Assembly: GCF_018977255.1 (NCBI RefSeq)
Contig: NW_024704748.1
Coordinates: forward strand, 18,476,001-18,540,000
Direction of reading: 5' to 3'
Length of the DNA stretch: 64,000 nt
DNA from: Callorhinchus milii
Taxonomy: Eukaryota
Both the position numbers and the translations under genes were made by a program. Positions 13,283-26,325 of this stretch are shown in pieces. Within the stretch, counting starts at the first letter, position 1, and the number at the start of each line of letters is the position of its first letter. The notes under the pieces were generated by a model. That model was not told the origin of the DNA and did not search any database. It was given only the letters and a program-made list of their open reading frames with translations.

Positions 13283-16200
13283 CTACATTCACTTCACCAA
13301 ATTTGACAGCTGTAAAATAGTGACTGGGAAAATGAACCAGCTAAAGATTTGGTTTGGCATTCTACCAGATGTGAAAGTGTGCAAAAGGGACATTGACTGT
13401 TAGTCCTCATCAGACTAGATGTGAATGGTTGCTGGTAGGGAGTAGAAGGGACTGAAATAGGCACTTGGAGATTGGTAAAGGCAATTGAAAGGAAAATATG
13501 GAAGTGGGCTGAGATTAAAATGGGTGTAGGGAAAGAAGAAGAATATCCAGAGGAACAATTGAAAATTGGATGAAATATTAGCAGGATGTATGCCTACCTA
13601 TTCTGTTGGCTCTTGCATCCTCATAGATGATTTTGTCCTAGATGTTATAATGGTGCTTTAACAAGTTAAGAGATCTTAAACCATATTTTATACTGTGCTA
13701 AACTGTATATCGTATACTGAGTTCTTGTACTATATTTCCAAAGTTGAATAAAATGTTGACCTTCGACATTGAACCAAATGTAGATTGTAATTTGACAGTT
13801 ACAACCGGTCAGTGCTAATACTCTCAATAGAAAATGATAAAATAGTATTATTTCAGCCCAGTGGTTATTCAGTAGCGTATTGAATAAGAAATTGGAATAT
13901 ATTTTGAAATTTTGTTGCTGTCTTGGTAAAACTAATTATATTTATTGGTTCAGGAAAAGTGTGCAGTTTCTGGACTAGTGTTGTATACTTTGATAAATGT
14001 ATGCTTCTCTGTGGACAATCATATAATGTCTCAACATCAAGTTAGTGTGGCGTGCTTTGAACTTATTGCATCCCAGCTGACATATTTTGAAACTAAATAT
14101 TTAACTGTAAAGGGATTCTATGCCTCTTGGGTCAGTTAGTTCAAAAGCAAGGTTGCTGTTTCTTATTTGTTTAGTTTAAAATGTGATTTGTGGAATATCT
14201 AAAGTGCTGCAGAGCTGCCTGTGAAATATAGACATATTTTCATATATATGTTGTATAGAAATAAAATGCCTTGTTTCACACAGCCATAAAGGTTTAACAT
14301 GTGGCAGTCACATTGACATTATGCAACTTGATGGGAATGTAGAAAACTAGCAACCAATTGATGCTTCTGTTAAAAGTACAGAACCAGTAGCTGGATGTAG
14401 TTTGAATGCGCTGTGTAAAGAGATGTGTATTATCAACTGGGAGAACTCAGTGACCAAAACTGAACTGAAAAATGAGAGATGGGCCATGGGTGTAACAGAA
14501 AGGTGTAATATAATTGCAACAGGCAGAACTTTGGAAGGCAATGAAAGGGCTGCCAGTGGCAAAATAGTCATGTACGGGCAATGTGTGCAGAAATACCTGG
14601 GTGGAAGAGTGTGATTAGGCAGAGCGGAAAATACAATGGCAAGATTTAATCTATGTTAGCTTTCGGTGTGATGATGTGATGACTGCCCAGCATAACGTAT
14701 CCTATTTATAACACTTTTCTTGTTTCAAAACTAACTTGACCTTTATGACCACAATTAGGAGTGTGGCTGGTGGTTAAAGCCACCATGTGGTTGAAAGCCA
14801 GTAATCATATTTCTTCAGAGTGTTTTGTTCTTATGTTGGAAATCTCCTTGGTGGGTATTGAAGTCTAATTACTTTGTTCCTGAAATCGTTTAAATTGATA
14901 ACTTTGTGATAGAGATAATTATTTCACAACAAATCTTTTAGAAATTAGGCTGTTCTTCTCGCCTAAGTCCCCTATTGTATTAAAGCCCTGCATAGTTAAA
15001 TGCACAAGCACATTTTGGGAAGAAAATTAGCATCTTTGAAAAATGTTTTACAAATGAGTGTTGCATGAAAGTAGTCAAGAATTCAGAAATTTTAAGGATG
15101 AATGTAAGGATAACTGAATCAAATCTGTGAAGTGAATCCTATCATTTCAAATTTATTTGTGAGAAACATTTGATATAGCGCCTTTCACAACTCAATTTAG
15201 AAACTTGACTTTCATCTTAACATAAATGTGTTTAAGACAGATTGCAGCACTCTCCCTAATAGTCGAATGCAACTTTAAAATCTAGTCTAAATCTAAAACA
15301 GCCTAATTTCTAAAAGAAGTCTTCAAAAAGATGGTTTGGATTCAACTACTTTACGCAGACAACATGTTTGGAACAATTTGTCCAGTGAAGCACTGAAAGA
15401 GGATAATGTGGGCAATTTCAAGAGGGAATTGGATGTATTTTGATGGCAAAGGGGATGTGGGCTACGTGAGGTAAGAAGAAATGGTGTTAGAAAATGGAAT
15501 TAGTCGGAGGGATGAATTGTAGTGCTCTTTTTCTGTCATGCACACTTCTATTTTCCCAGAGCTCTATTCCCTTTGGGGATCTCCAGATTTCAACAGGTAT
15601 TACAATGTTTCGGCATTATAATTTTTGGTTCTCCTATTTGCTTTTTGTCCACAAAACACAGTCACTGCACTTTACAGTGTATGTGAAATAATGTAAATAT
15701 ATGATTTACAAACGGTTTGCCAATCTTATTCTATCCTAGCTAGAGATAACTCTTGATGTCCTTCTCGTCTGAGTGTTTAATACATCTCCAAGAGAATATT
15801 TTTCTAAATAATTAATTTGAAGAACAAATGCACATAACCTTGGGAGGGTTGAATTCTTTTTGAAATTGTGGCCATTTTTGTTGCAGTTATGAATTCTGGT
15901 TCTAGAGCTGTTGGAATTTGACCTCTGAAGAGTGTGTTGCACTTCAATAACACTTTTTTCAAAAAAAGCATTTGGCCAACCCACATATTTACGCACATGA
16001 GATGCATTGACATCAACAAGGCCCTATATCAAATGCAAGGATTATGACATTTTAACATCATTAAATAACTTACTCATGGTGTAAACTTGACCAAAATAGC
16101 ACATTGTCAGACACTAATCCTTGCCTTGCTTTAACAAAATTAGATTTACCCCAAAACTTTTTGTGAAGATATGATGGGTTTTCCTCTTAGAAATTAATGG

Positions 16201-18189
16201 ATTCCAGATTCTCTAGAGAACGGAATACTCAGGACAAATGTCTCAAAGGAGCAAGCTTTTGTGTAATAACATGCTGTAAAGTATAATTAGCAGTTTCTAG
16301 GTGAGCAGTGACAAGATAGAATCATAGAAATTTAGGGCCATTCGGCCCATCAAGTCTTTACTTGTGACTATGTTATAACTATGGTTCCTAGCAGTGTTGT
16401 TTCTTTTCTCTTTACCATTAACAGTGCTGATGAAAATGATTCTCATAAAAACAGCACATCCTGTTTTCCCCAATAATGACCCCTCATTTGCTTTGATATC
16501 AACATGACAAAAATCACACCAGCATGTTCCTTTCAGCAGGAGTGCAGACATGAACACAATGTCACTTGTGTGCACAGTAAACAATACTCTTTAAAACTTT
16601 AGTATTAAAATGTGGATGGTTTTAGGTATCTGCAGTCAGGAAATTCCTAATAGCAGCCGAGTGTGTTACTGCATTGAGCCCTTCAACAAGATTGTTCAGG
16701 GATCCAAAAGATAAATCCAATGTTACACATTGGAGAAAAGATTTCTTGTAGAAGTGATAAAACCTTCAATTATAGTCACTTTGATGCTTACTGAGATTGA
16801 CATTTTGTCTCCCTTCTATCTGTGAAAATTATTTTTTCAAATATATAAAATAATTCCTAGAATATAGATAGGAGTTTATCTTCTTCGTTGGAACAAGATG
16901 AAGGCAATAAATTCCGTTAGCTTTTTTTTCTCAATACACACACCTTAAAGTGCAGCGACCTTCTCCTATTCTGTCAGTAAATGCAACACAATTCTCTCTA
17001 TTCTGTAATGATACAATATTTAGGATTCATAACGAAAAATAATATTTTTGCTGTACTAAATGGTTCAAGGAAAGAGCAAAGGTTTTGAATAGATACAATA
17101 GCCTTCTTGTATGAATCTTGGAAGAATGTAAGCGATTTTCTTCCATTCAGGCAAGATTAACGATCTTTAGTTTTATTATTTTATAGGGAAATAGCAAGTT
17201 TCCCTCTGCTGTTGGACTCCTGTCTCCCTATAATGGGCAAAGTCTGGCTTCAGGCTTAAATTGCAGCATCTCTAAAGGAAAAATCTGCTTATAGATACCA
17301 GATATTTGATCCTCCCTTGGAGGATCAAATTATGGCATTCTAACTCATGACCCTCAAATTCAATTTGTGGATTTTTCATAACTGCTTGAACTAATCTCAG
17401 AGCAATACTTAATTACCACATAGCTTCATAAGTGAATGTATGTTTAAGGTGTGCAAAAGCGAGAATAACAACTGAAGTGTGAACAAATTGGTTTCAGGAT
17501 AAATAATAGTAAACAGCAATTTTATTACATTTTAAACTTCTTGGTTAAGATCACTTTATCATCTGATGCAATTTAAAGTTACAGAGACATTTATTTCACT
17601 TACTCTTTTAGAATAAGTCAAGTGAGTATAATTTTCAGCCATCAGAACCCTATCAAATGCCACAATAGATTCCTCAGTTTGATAACTTGCTATTTATGGT
17701 AGATAGACCTACTAAATAGGATATGCGCTTGAGTCATACCAGTGCAATTGGGATTGACTTTCAAGTAGTTTTGGGTGGTCTGTTTAATGAGAAGAAATAT
17801 TGGATGCAGGAAATAATTTCAGTTACCTCTTTCCTTCATTTTGATGGAATAGAACATGACTTTTGAGCTGTCCAGCGACTTGTCACTTTATCATTCGATG
17901 TACATTTCTTGCATGAAATCTAGTGTTCTCTTGTGTATAACTGTTTGAATGCACTTGTCACAAGAAGCTTTCCTCAGGTGATCAAATGGAACATTACACT
18001 TCAAACAAATGTGTGACACCACTAGCATCTCAGATTTGTATTGAAAAGCCCTGTCTTAAGATGTCAACTTAGGTGTGCAGGGTGCTTTCCTATTTGATGT
18101 TATAAAATCCTCAAAAGTTGAGGCTGAATGAGTGTGGGAGTCTATCGGTTATTTCTGGTTTTGTATTCTGAATTTTAAAGAGAACAGTT

Positions 18190-18818
18190 CATAGAATCAT
18201 AGAGCACAGAAGGAGGACATTTGGTCCATCATGTCTGTGTCGGCTCTTTGAAAAGAGCTAACCAAATCAATCCCACTCACCCGCTCTCTCCCCATAGCCC
18301 TGCAAACTTGTCCTCCCCAAATAATTACCTACTTCTTTCTTAAAAGTTGTTATTGAATCGGCTTCTACCACCCTTTCAGGCAATGCATTCCAGATCTGAA
18401 CAACTCATCGTGTGAAAAAAATTCTCTTCACCTCTCCTCCGTTTCTTTTAACAACTATTTTAAATCGGTGTCCTCGATTTACTGGCTCACCCGCCAGTGG
18501 AAATAGTTTCTCCTTGTTCACCCTACCGAATCCCTTCATAATTTTGAAATCTTCTATTAAGTCTCCTCTTAACCTCCAAGGAGAATAATCCTAGCTTCTT
18601 TAGCCTTTCCTGACAACTGAAGTCCCTCATTCCTGGTACCATCCTGGTAAATCTCTTTTGCATCCTCTCCAATGCCTTGACATCCTTCCTAAAGTGTGGT
18701 GCCCAGAACTGAACACAGTCTCTAGCTGAGGCCTAAACAGTATTTTATAAAGGTTCATCATAACTTCTTGAATTTTGTATTCTATGCCCCTACTTATAAA
18801 GCCTAGTATCCCGTATGC
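18190..18818 (-). mobile_element. CR1 LINE 3' fragment (second family)
   Basis: (catagaat)n tail; the minus strand reads decayed ORF2 ([26 protein letters not shown]-like). Confidence 0.88.
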
Positions 18819-21114
18819 AAAATAGTTGAATCATAGTAACACATAGAAATACAATAGAGTAATACTAATGCAAGTCATAGCAATATAATATTGTATTGCA
18901 ACAAGGCAACTCTTTTTAAAGCATGCAGACTCAATTCTGAACTTGTTTCACAAACTTTCAGGAGGGTACTTCTATAATTATACTTTTTAAGCCATTTGTC
19001 ATCTTTTTAACTTATTGCTGCTCCATGAAAGGCAGTTCCAATAGCAGGGAGAAACAAGTTATACACAGTTAATAGCTGTAAGTAACTTTGGATTCAGAGA
19101 AGGCTTTCTTTGGTCAGCCGAGTGTCTGACACATGCGGAAACCTATCACCATGCTTAACAGTATCCAAACCAAGCTGAGATTACCCACCTATGCATCAAG
19201 GAGAGCTTGTTAAGTAATGCACGTGACCTGATAACTGAAATTAATCTTGAAATGGTTTGAAAAATTAAACCCAGATCAACACTTTAGGATGCATCATGAC
19301 AAGAGGACATTGGTTTAGAGTCCTAAAATGGCAATTTCAGGACAGATACTAAGATTTTTTTCTTTACACAGAAGTTAATCAATTACTGGAAAGGTCATCA
19401 GGAAAGACCCAAGACACTGGACTCATTTAAAAAGCGGCTTGATGCAGCGATGGGGCTATGGTGGGGTGGATGTTCTGGAGAGTGGAGATCAGATGGGGCA
19501 AAAGACCTTTTTATACCAAACAAATCTTGGGAGCTTGTAAACAGTTACTATGAATTTGAGAAGACGAATTCTTGCATTTGATATGGTGCCTATGATATTA
19601 AAAAAATCACAAAGGACTTCACAGGTGATTGCTATCAAGTGTAGTGACTGTATTTGTGGGGAGGCTGGCATGTGTTAGAACGTCAGTGTGTAAGTTAGAA
19701 AATAAAATTAAGTTAGGCAGAAAAAGCTAGGAAAAGTGAAAAAGCAAGAAATTTGTGAAGGAAGTCAATCAATTGAATAACACACAATTAGTTTTTAAGT
19801 GATATGAATAATTTTATTCATGCAGTGACTCAATGTCAAGTATTTTACTGTGATGAAGTATTGTATTGAGTGCAGCAGTTGCTCAAATGAACCAGAATGT
19901 CTGGGAGGTTCTTCATTTAAAACTTTCTGAAGGTCCCACAGAGAGAGAGGAAAATGGATTGCTGCTATTAAAAGAATAAATATTAATGAGCACAGAAGTT
20001 GATTGCATCTCACAGCAGAAGTTATTGAGAGTGATTATATTTGTTACTTATTAAGAATTCACTAATTGGTCATTTTTTTAAAAAATGAGATTAATTGCTT
20101 GGATCTGCTGCATTCTCCACGCTCTGTGGACCTTAAACCACCAAGTATGCAGCAATGATATAAATTAATGCTTCATTGTTGATCAAATCATTAATCATTA
20201 TAATATTTGTCACATTTAATTATGCCTCATTGTTTAAACTATAGATCATGTTACAGTCCTGTGACAAAATGTACTTACAGATTTTGACCACAAAATACAG
20301 TCAGTTCACTTTACAGTATATTCTGCGAAACACTTTGAGACGTCTCGAAGACATGATAAGGCGCTATATCAAATGCAAGGATTATTATTATTAGATAGAA
20401 TTTTTATATTCATCAGAAGTTTGTTTTTCTCAGCAATTAATTGATTGTTAGTATTGTTCCCATCCTCCAATTGTTCCATCTATTCTCCTTCAATGAAGGT
20501 AGTTGACATCTCCATAGATGCTGACAGCTCTTAGAGTATCCGACCATTCTTCATTTACAGCCCCTATCAGTATCTGTTGGTAAGCTTTTTAGTTCTGGGA
20601 CAGCTGAGTCTGATCCTGACTTTATCTGACAGCTACATATAGCAGATGTACACAATATACACAGTGACTCCACTTTACTATAAATCCTGTGAAATGCTTT
20701 ACGATGTCCTCGCAATGAGAAATATCAAATGTAAGAATGATTATTATTGTATGTACATGTATATTTTATCCATTGATCATTAAGGAGCTAAATGGGGATC
20801 AGTAGTAAGAATCTCAGCTGCTTTATCTTGCCCTCTCCATCCCCCCAGTCTAAGACTAGCTTTACTGCCTGTACCTACAGTCCATTTACCAGAGACAGGG
20901 AATTGAACCGTGGCCACGCCTAACCTGTGGAACTCAGCAATTTAAAACCACAGCACTCTCGCTATTATGTTCTTTTGGTAGTGGGATTAAATGTGCTTTT
21001 GAAGGAGGAGGACCAGTAGGAGTTTGACTGTCGAATGCTGTTACCAATTTGTGGCAGAATGTAGGAATGTGTAGGGCTACAAAAGATCATCATGATCCAT
21101 CTGGATAAAAGTAA

Positions 21115-21440
21115 TAATCCTTCATTTGATGTAGTACCTTTATCACATCATCGAAACATCTCGAAGTGCTTCACAGGATTTTACTGCAAAGTGTAGTGAC
21201 TCTATTTGTAGGCAAAATGGCAGCCAATTTGCACACAGCAATGTCTCATAAACCAATGAATGACCAATTTGTACCCTGGGGATTGTTGGCCAGGACACTG
21301 GACGGAACTCACTTCTCTTTTTGAAATAGTATAATCTCATCTGAAAGACAACAGCTTTGAGTGTCAAATTAAACTCTGAGCTCAAAATCCTGGCGTGGGT
21401 CTTGAACCCAAACCTTCTGACTCAGAGTCGAGAGTGCTAT
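21115..21440 (-). mobile_element. Old Deu-domain SINE
   Basis: cttgaacccaaaccttctgactcagag head, ggcagccaatttgcacacagca body and L2-type tail, all in reverse orientation. Confidence 0.75.
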
Positions 21441-24186
21441 GGATCTAAGTTTGAAAAAAAATATAGCTTGAAATACTTCATTGAACAGAAGCACTTTGTA
21501 GCTGTGAAATCTTATTTGAAGTCCCGAATCTCTAAGTCCCACTGTACAGTGGGAGAATAGTATGTTCAATTTATCTTATGGTATCACTGGATGGGGATAA
21601 ATCTATAATTCTTATAATAAACTTTGCATTTGGTACTGCGCTTTTCAAGGCAAGAGAACGTCTCAAAGATTTCATAGGATATAGTGTAAAGTGTAGTGAC
21701 TGTATATCTGGCAGCCCCCAGCAATTTCTCATAAACGGCTATGAAGTGAACAACCATTTGTAGTAAGGGGATTGTTGACCAGAACTAAATGTTTTTTCAA
21801 CTATGGAAAGCAAACCAGTTCTTTCCTGAAACTAGGCAGAATTTATTTTTCTCAGGTTTTCCTTTCGCCTTAAAATTATAATGAAATAATATTTGCTGTT
21901 ACTTCTAATGACCTGTTTATAAGGAGCTTTTTATGTTGATTTGATACAAAAAATGCACAACCAGATGAGTTGAGTGAAAGTATCAATGTTATTTCCTGCT
22001 CTGAATGGTTTTACTGTAGGAGCAATTTTTTCAAAGCGTTTCTAGCAGTGTAAATGGAGTAATAAATACAGACACTACACTTGAGATTTGAGTTACTTCA
22101 GAGCTGAGATGAGTAGCTGGAATGAGCTACATAAATGAATCATAGATCTTTTGTTTCAGAGCCCTAAATTGACCAACAGTGCTTGAGAGATATGAAGCAT
22201 ATGAATATACTTGAGAAAGAAAATAGTTAGCAATTAATCATAAACTTTCCTTCTATTCGAAGTTGCAATAGAAAAACAAAAATACCATTTGGCAGCTTAA
22301 AAAATGCTCAAAGGTTTAAAAATTATTTTTATATTGAAAATGAAACATTAAATATTAGCGAATATTCCCCGTTTTTACTTATGAGGCTGATTACAACTTA
22401 TTTAGAAAGTAACATACCTAAATATAATCCGCCTTTTGAATGGTAATAAAAATCTTACGGTTCAAACATACATGAACCATTCATTCTTTCCTTGTTGTAA
22501 ACACTAGTTAGTCTATGCCATCTGGACTGGATTGTTTCATTACCGTACACTGTATTACTATGAATTATTCATATATTAATGTTTGTTAACTGATGGATGC
22601 TGGGTTAGGATAATTTGTTTTTATTTGTGCTCATACTGTAAAAGTAGTGAAGGTATCACTAGGTTTAGTACCCAATTGCTTGATATGAAAATATTCAGTG
22701 TTTATTCTCTGCCTGGAACCATAATAAAGGTCTGGGGGCAGGATTTGGATCACAGCTGAGTGTAAGGGAGAATGTATTTGTATTCCAAGCTGCACAGTGA
22801 AGGAAAGCAAATGCTTCTGTGGTTTCTAGTCTAAAAATTGTGGAGATTTAGCTTCACAAATGTGTGAATTGTCTGAATCCGGAAGAAAATCAAATTTTCA
22901 GTCTCATTAACCGTCCTGCTGATCAATTAATGATTTTTTAAATTTCTGTGTTGAACATTGCTACTTTCGTATTACACATCAAAACAAACTTATATAGCCA
23001 TATATGGCAGGTGTAGCTTATTATTACAGACCAGATTACTACATTTAAAGTTTGATGCTGAATCCAGTGCCTATTCTTGATTAAGGTTCATAAATGCAAA
23101 TGATTGGCAAGTGAGCATCAGATTATAGATAAGGGGAACGTTAGATGAAATGATCGTTGAGATTTTATTTGCTCAATATTGATTATGCTGTCCATTAAAT
23201 TCCATTATATTTTGGCAGTATATAAAACGTGATTTCCCAGTTAGACTTTTTTCACATCTTGAAGGCTGTTCTCCCCTATTCCAAGGCAAAACCCTCATGT
23301 TTATATGAGAAATGACCTACTCTGATGAACTTACTAAAATGGCTATTTGAAAACCATCTGAAAAGTGATTTAGCAATATACTTAAATATTAGTGACTTTA
23401 GTAAATACATAGTTTAACATTTTAAATTGATGGTAATGCTTTTATATTCGATAAGCTGTTGTACACATTACAAGGAATATTGGTCTACTGTAGCATTTAT
23501 AGTGGACATTTATTATAATAGCCTGAGTAATGTATAATTTTACAGTTTATATGGAAAAAGGGTATTTGATCAATTGTTCTTTTGTGTGCTAATCACTCTT
23601 TACGCAATTAACACATTCTTTGATGTGAAAGATGCCATCTAAGTTGCCATCTGTTGCTGTTAGTATTGTGCACAAATCTGCAACAAGTATTCACATACAA
23701 ATACCCATAGATTGATCTGAGGTTACACAACAAATGATAACATTTAAAGATCTTGACAAACTGTTGTGAAGATGGGAGGAAATGAGAACTTATTACCACT
23801 CGATCAATGACTACATCCAGCTGCTGAATGGTAGGATGCTGCCAATATAAAGTGACCAATAGAATATAATACACTCAAAACAACTACTCCAACTGAGGAA
23901 CAAAGCTTTAATAGCACCTCATGAAGATCAACAATCTGAAGGCTGGAAATAATGTCTCCCCTCACAATGAAACAGGTGTAAGATCAGGAAATTGTACAAT
24001 AGTTTCCCATTGCTATTGAAATAATGTTTTGCTCTATATATTATATATAGTAAACCATTGTTGTGCTGATTAATATGAAAGTTACTAGTATTGAAAAATT
24101 GAGTGCTTTTGCCACCGAGTATCAGCATCAAGCACTGGTTGGATAAATACACTGTTTTATCCTTCACTCACCACCAAAATATAATA

Positions 24187-24365
24187 TTAATAATCCTTGC
24201 ATTTGATATAGCGCTTTTCACATCTTCTAGATGTCTCAAAGCACTTCACAGAATAGACTGTAAAGTGAATTGACTGTATACTTGTGGGCGAAACTTGGCA
24301 GCCAATTGCACACAGCAGTGTCCCACAAACAGTCGTGGATTGAAGTGACCAATTTGTTATTGTCC
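24187..24365 (-). mobile_element. tRNA-SINE 3' half, abutting an L2 element
   Basis: Reverse complement of the body and tail of the SINE at 2731. Confidence 0.88.
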
Positions 24366-24389
24366 ATCGGCAGATATGGCTTAACCATA

Positions 24390-26325
24390 CCAAGACCTAT
24401 CGTTGGGCTCTTGCCTCTTATCTTGGAGGCAAAGGACAACCCCAGGCTTCTCTTTTCCACCACAAAACGTCTCCTCTGTCCACCTTCCCATGCCTTGCCC
24501 AACCTCTCCTCAAACTCCAACTGTGAAGAGATGTTGGATTTCCTTGAATCCAAAATCGAGGGGACATGTTCAGCCACCTCTGCCCCGTCCACAGCCACCC
24601 CCACATCAGCTCTCCCTCATGACCCACCCCTCACCCATCTCCCCCTATACTCCTTTGACCCTATCTCTCCCTCCTTCACCACAATTTTCGCAAACTCAAA
24701 CTCACCACCTTCTCCCTCGATCCCATCCCCACCTCTCTCCTCATCTCCCAGCTCCGCCTTCTGGCCCCTCTCCTGTCCGACGTCATCATCATCTCCTTGT
24801 CCACCAGTTCAGTTCCCACCCGACTAAAAACAGCCGTCATCTCCCAAATCTTGAAAAAACCTTCCCCGGATCCATCCCTCCTCTCCATCTACCGCCCCAT
24901 CTCTAACCTCCCATTCCTCGCCAAGGACCTGGAATGAGTCGTCGAGTCCCAGCTCCGCTCCTTTCTTTCTCGCCATTCTCTCTTCGAACCCCTCCAATCC
25001 GGCTTCCGTGCTGCCCATAGCACGGAAACAGCCCTGGTCAAAGTCACTAATGACATTCTGAACATCTGTGATCAGGGCTCCCTCTGCCTCCTTGTCCTCT
25101 TCGACCTCTCTGCTGCCTTCGACACTGTCGACCACTCCATCCTCATACACTGTCTCTCCTCTTTACTTAATCTTCGCGGACCTGCCCTTGCCTGGTTCAA
25201 TTCCTATCTCTCTCACCGTTTCCACTTTTTGCCTCTAACGGTTTCTCCTCCAGGCCCCTCACTGTCACATCTGGCATCCCCCAGGGCTCTGTCCTTGGCC
25301 CTCTCCTCTTTAATATCTAAAATCTTTCCCCTTGGTGACATCATCTGCAGACATGGGGTCAACTTCCACATGTAAGTGGATGACACCCAACTCTATCTTT
25401 CTGCCTCCACACTCAACTCCAGGACCACTGCTGTCCTGACAGACTGCCTGTCAGACATCAAGTCCTGGATGAGGGCAAATTTCTTACAGTTAAATGTGAA
25501 TAAGACTGAGGCCCTCCTGATTGGCTAGGGCCAGAGCCTCTGCATCTCAGGCTCTGGCAGCATCAACCTCCATGGCTGCACACTTCAATTCACTAAGTCA
25601 GTCAGGAACCTAGGTGTCTTGTTCGACCCTCAACTGTCTTTTCTTCCCCACATCTAAGCCATGAACCCCTCTGCCTTCCCTCACCTCCGTAACATTTGTC
25701 CGACTCCTCCACTACCTCCTTGTTCATACCTTCATCACCTCCAGGCTTGACTGTTGCAAACACCCTGCTTGTCAGCCTTCCCAACTCCTCCTCCACAGGC
25801 TGCAGATAATCCAGAACTCTGCAGCCCGTGTCCTCTCGCGCACCAAACTCCATGACCCCATCTCCCCCATTCTCGCCTGACTCCATTGGCTCCCTGTCCT
25901 TCAGAGGATCCCGTTCAAGATCCTGATCCTCTCCTTCAAAGTCCTCCATGGCCTCGCCCCACCATACCTCTGCGACCTCCTAACCCCCTACCAACCTGCC
26001 CGTTCCCTCCGCACAGCTGGCTCTGGCCTGCTCCACGTCCCCTGACCCACCCGCCCCACCATTGGCGGGAGAGCCTTCAGCCACTCTGCCCTCAATCTCT
26101 GGAATTCCATCCCCAATCACTCTGCTTCGCCCCCTCCTTAGCCTCCTTCAAGTCCCTATCTCAAGACCCTCCTCTTCAACCATACCATCGGCCACCCCCC
26201 TTCCCCTCCCATTCCTTCTCCCCCTGACCCCAGCTTGGGTCTGAAATGCTGTGCAGTGTCCAGCGCCTTGGGACATCCTCCCGACGTGAAAGGCGCTATA
26301 CAAATGTAATCTGGTTGTGGTTTGT
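24390..26325 (+). mobile_element. L2 LINE, 5'-truncated, defective reverse transcriptase (RT)
   Basis: YRPISNLPFLAK, QSGFRAAHSTETAL, DLSAAFDTVDH, GIPQGSVLGPLLF and M*VDDTQLY motifs with stops and frameshifts; L2 tail present. Confidence 0.95.

Noticed and set aside
24236-26244. Cluster of overlapping Pro/Ser-rich and Gly/Glu-rich ORFs (also 849-1130, 32297-33109 and 52972-53487)
   Set aside because: They are alternative frames of C-rich L2 sequence.
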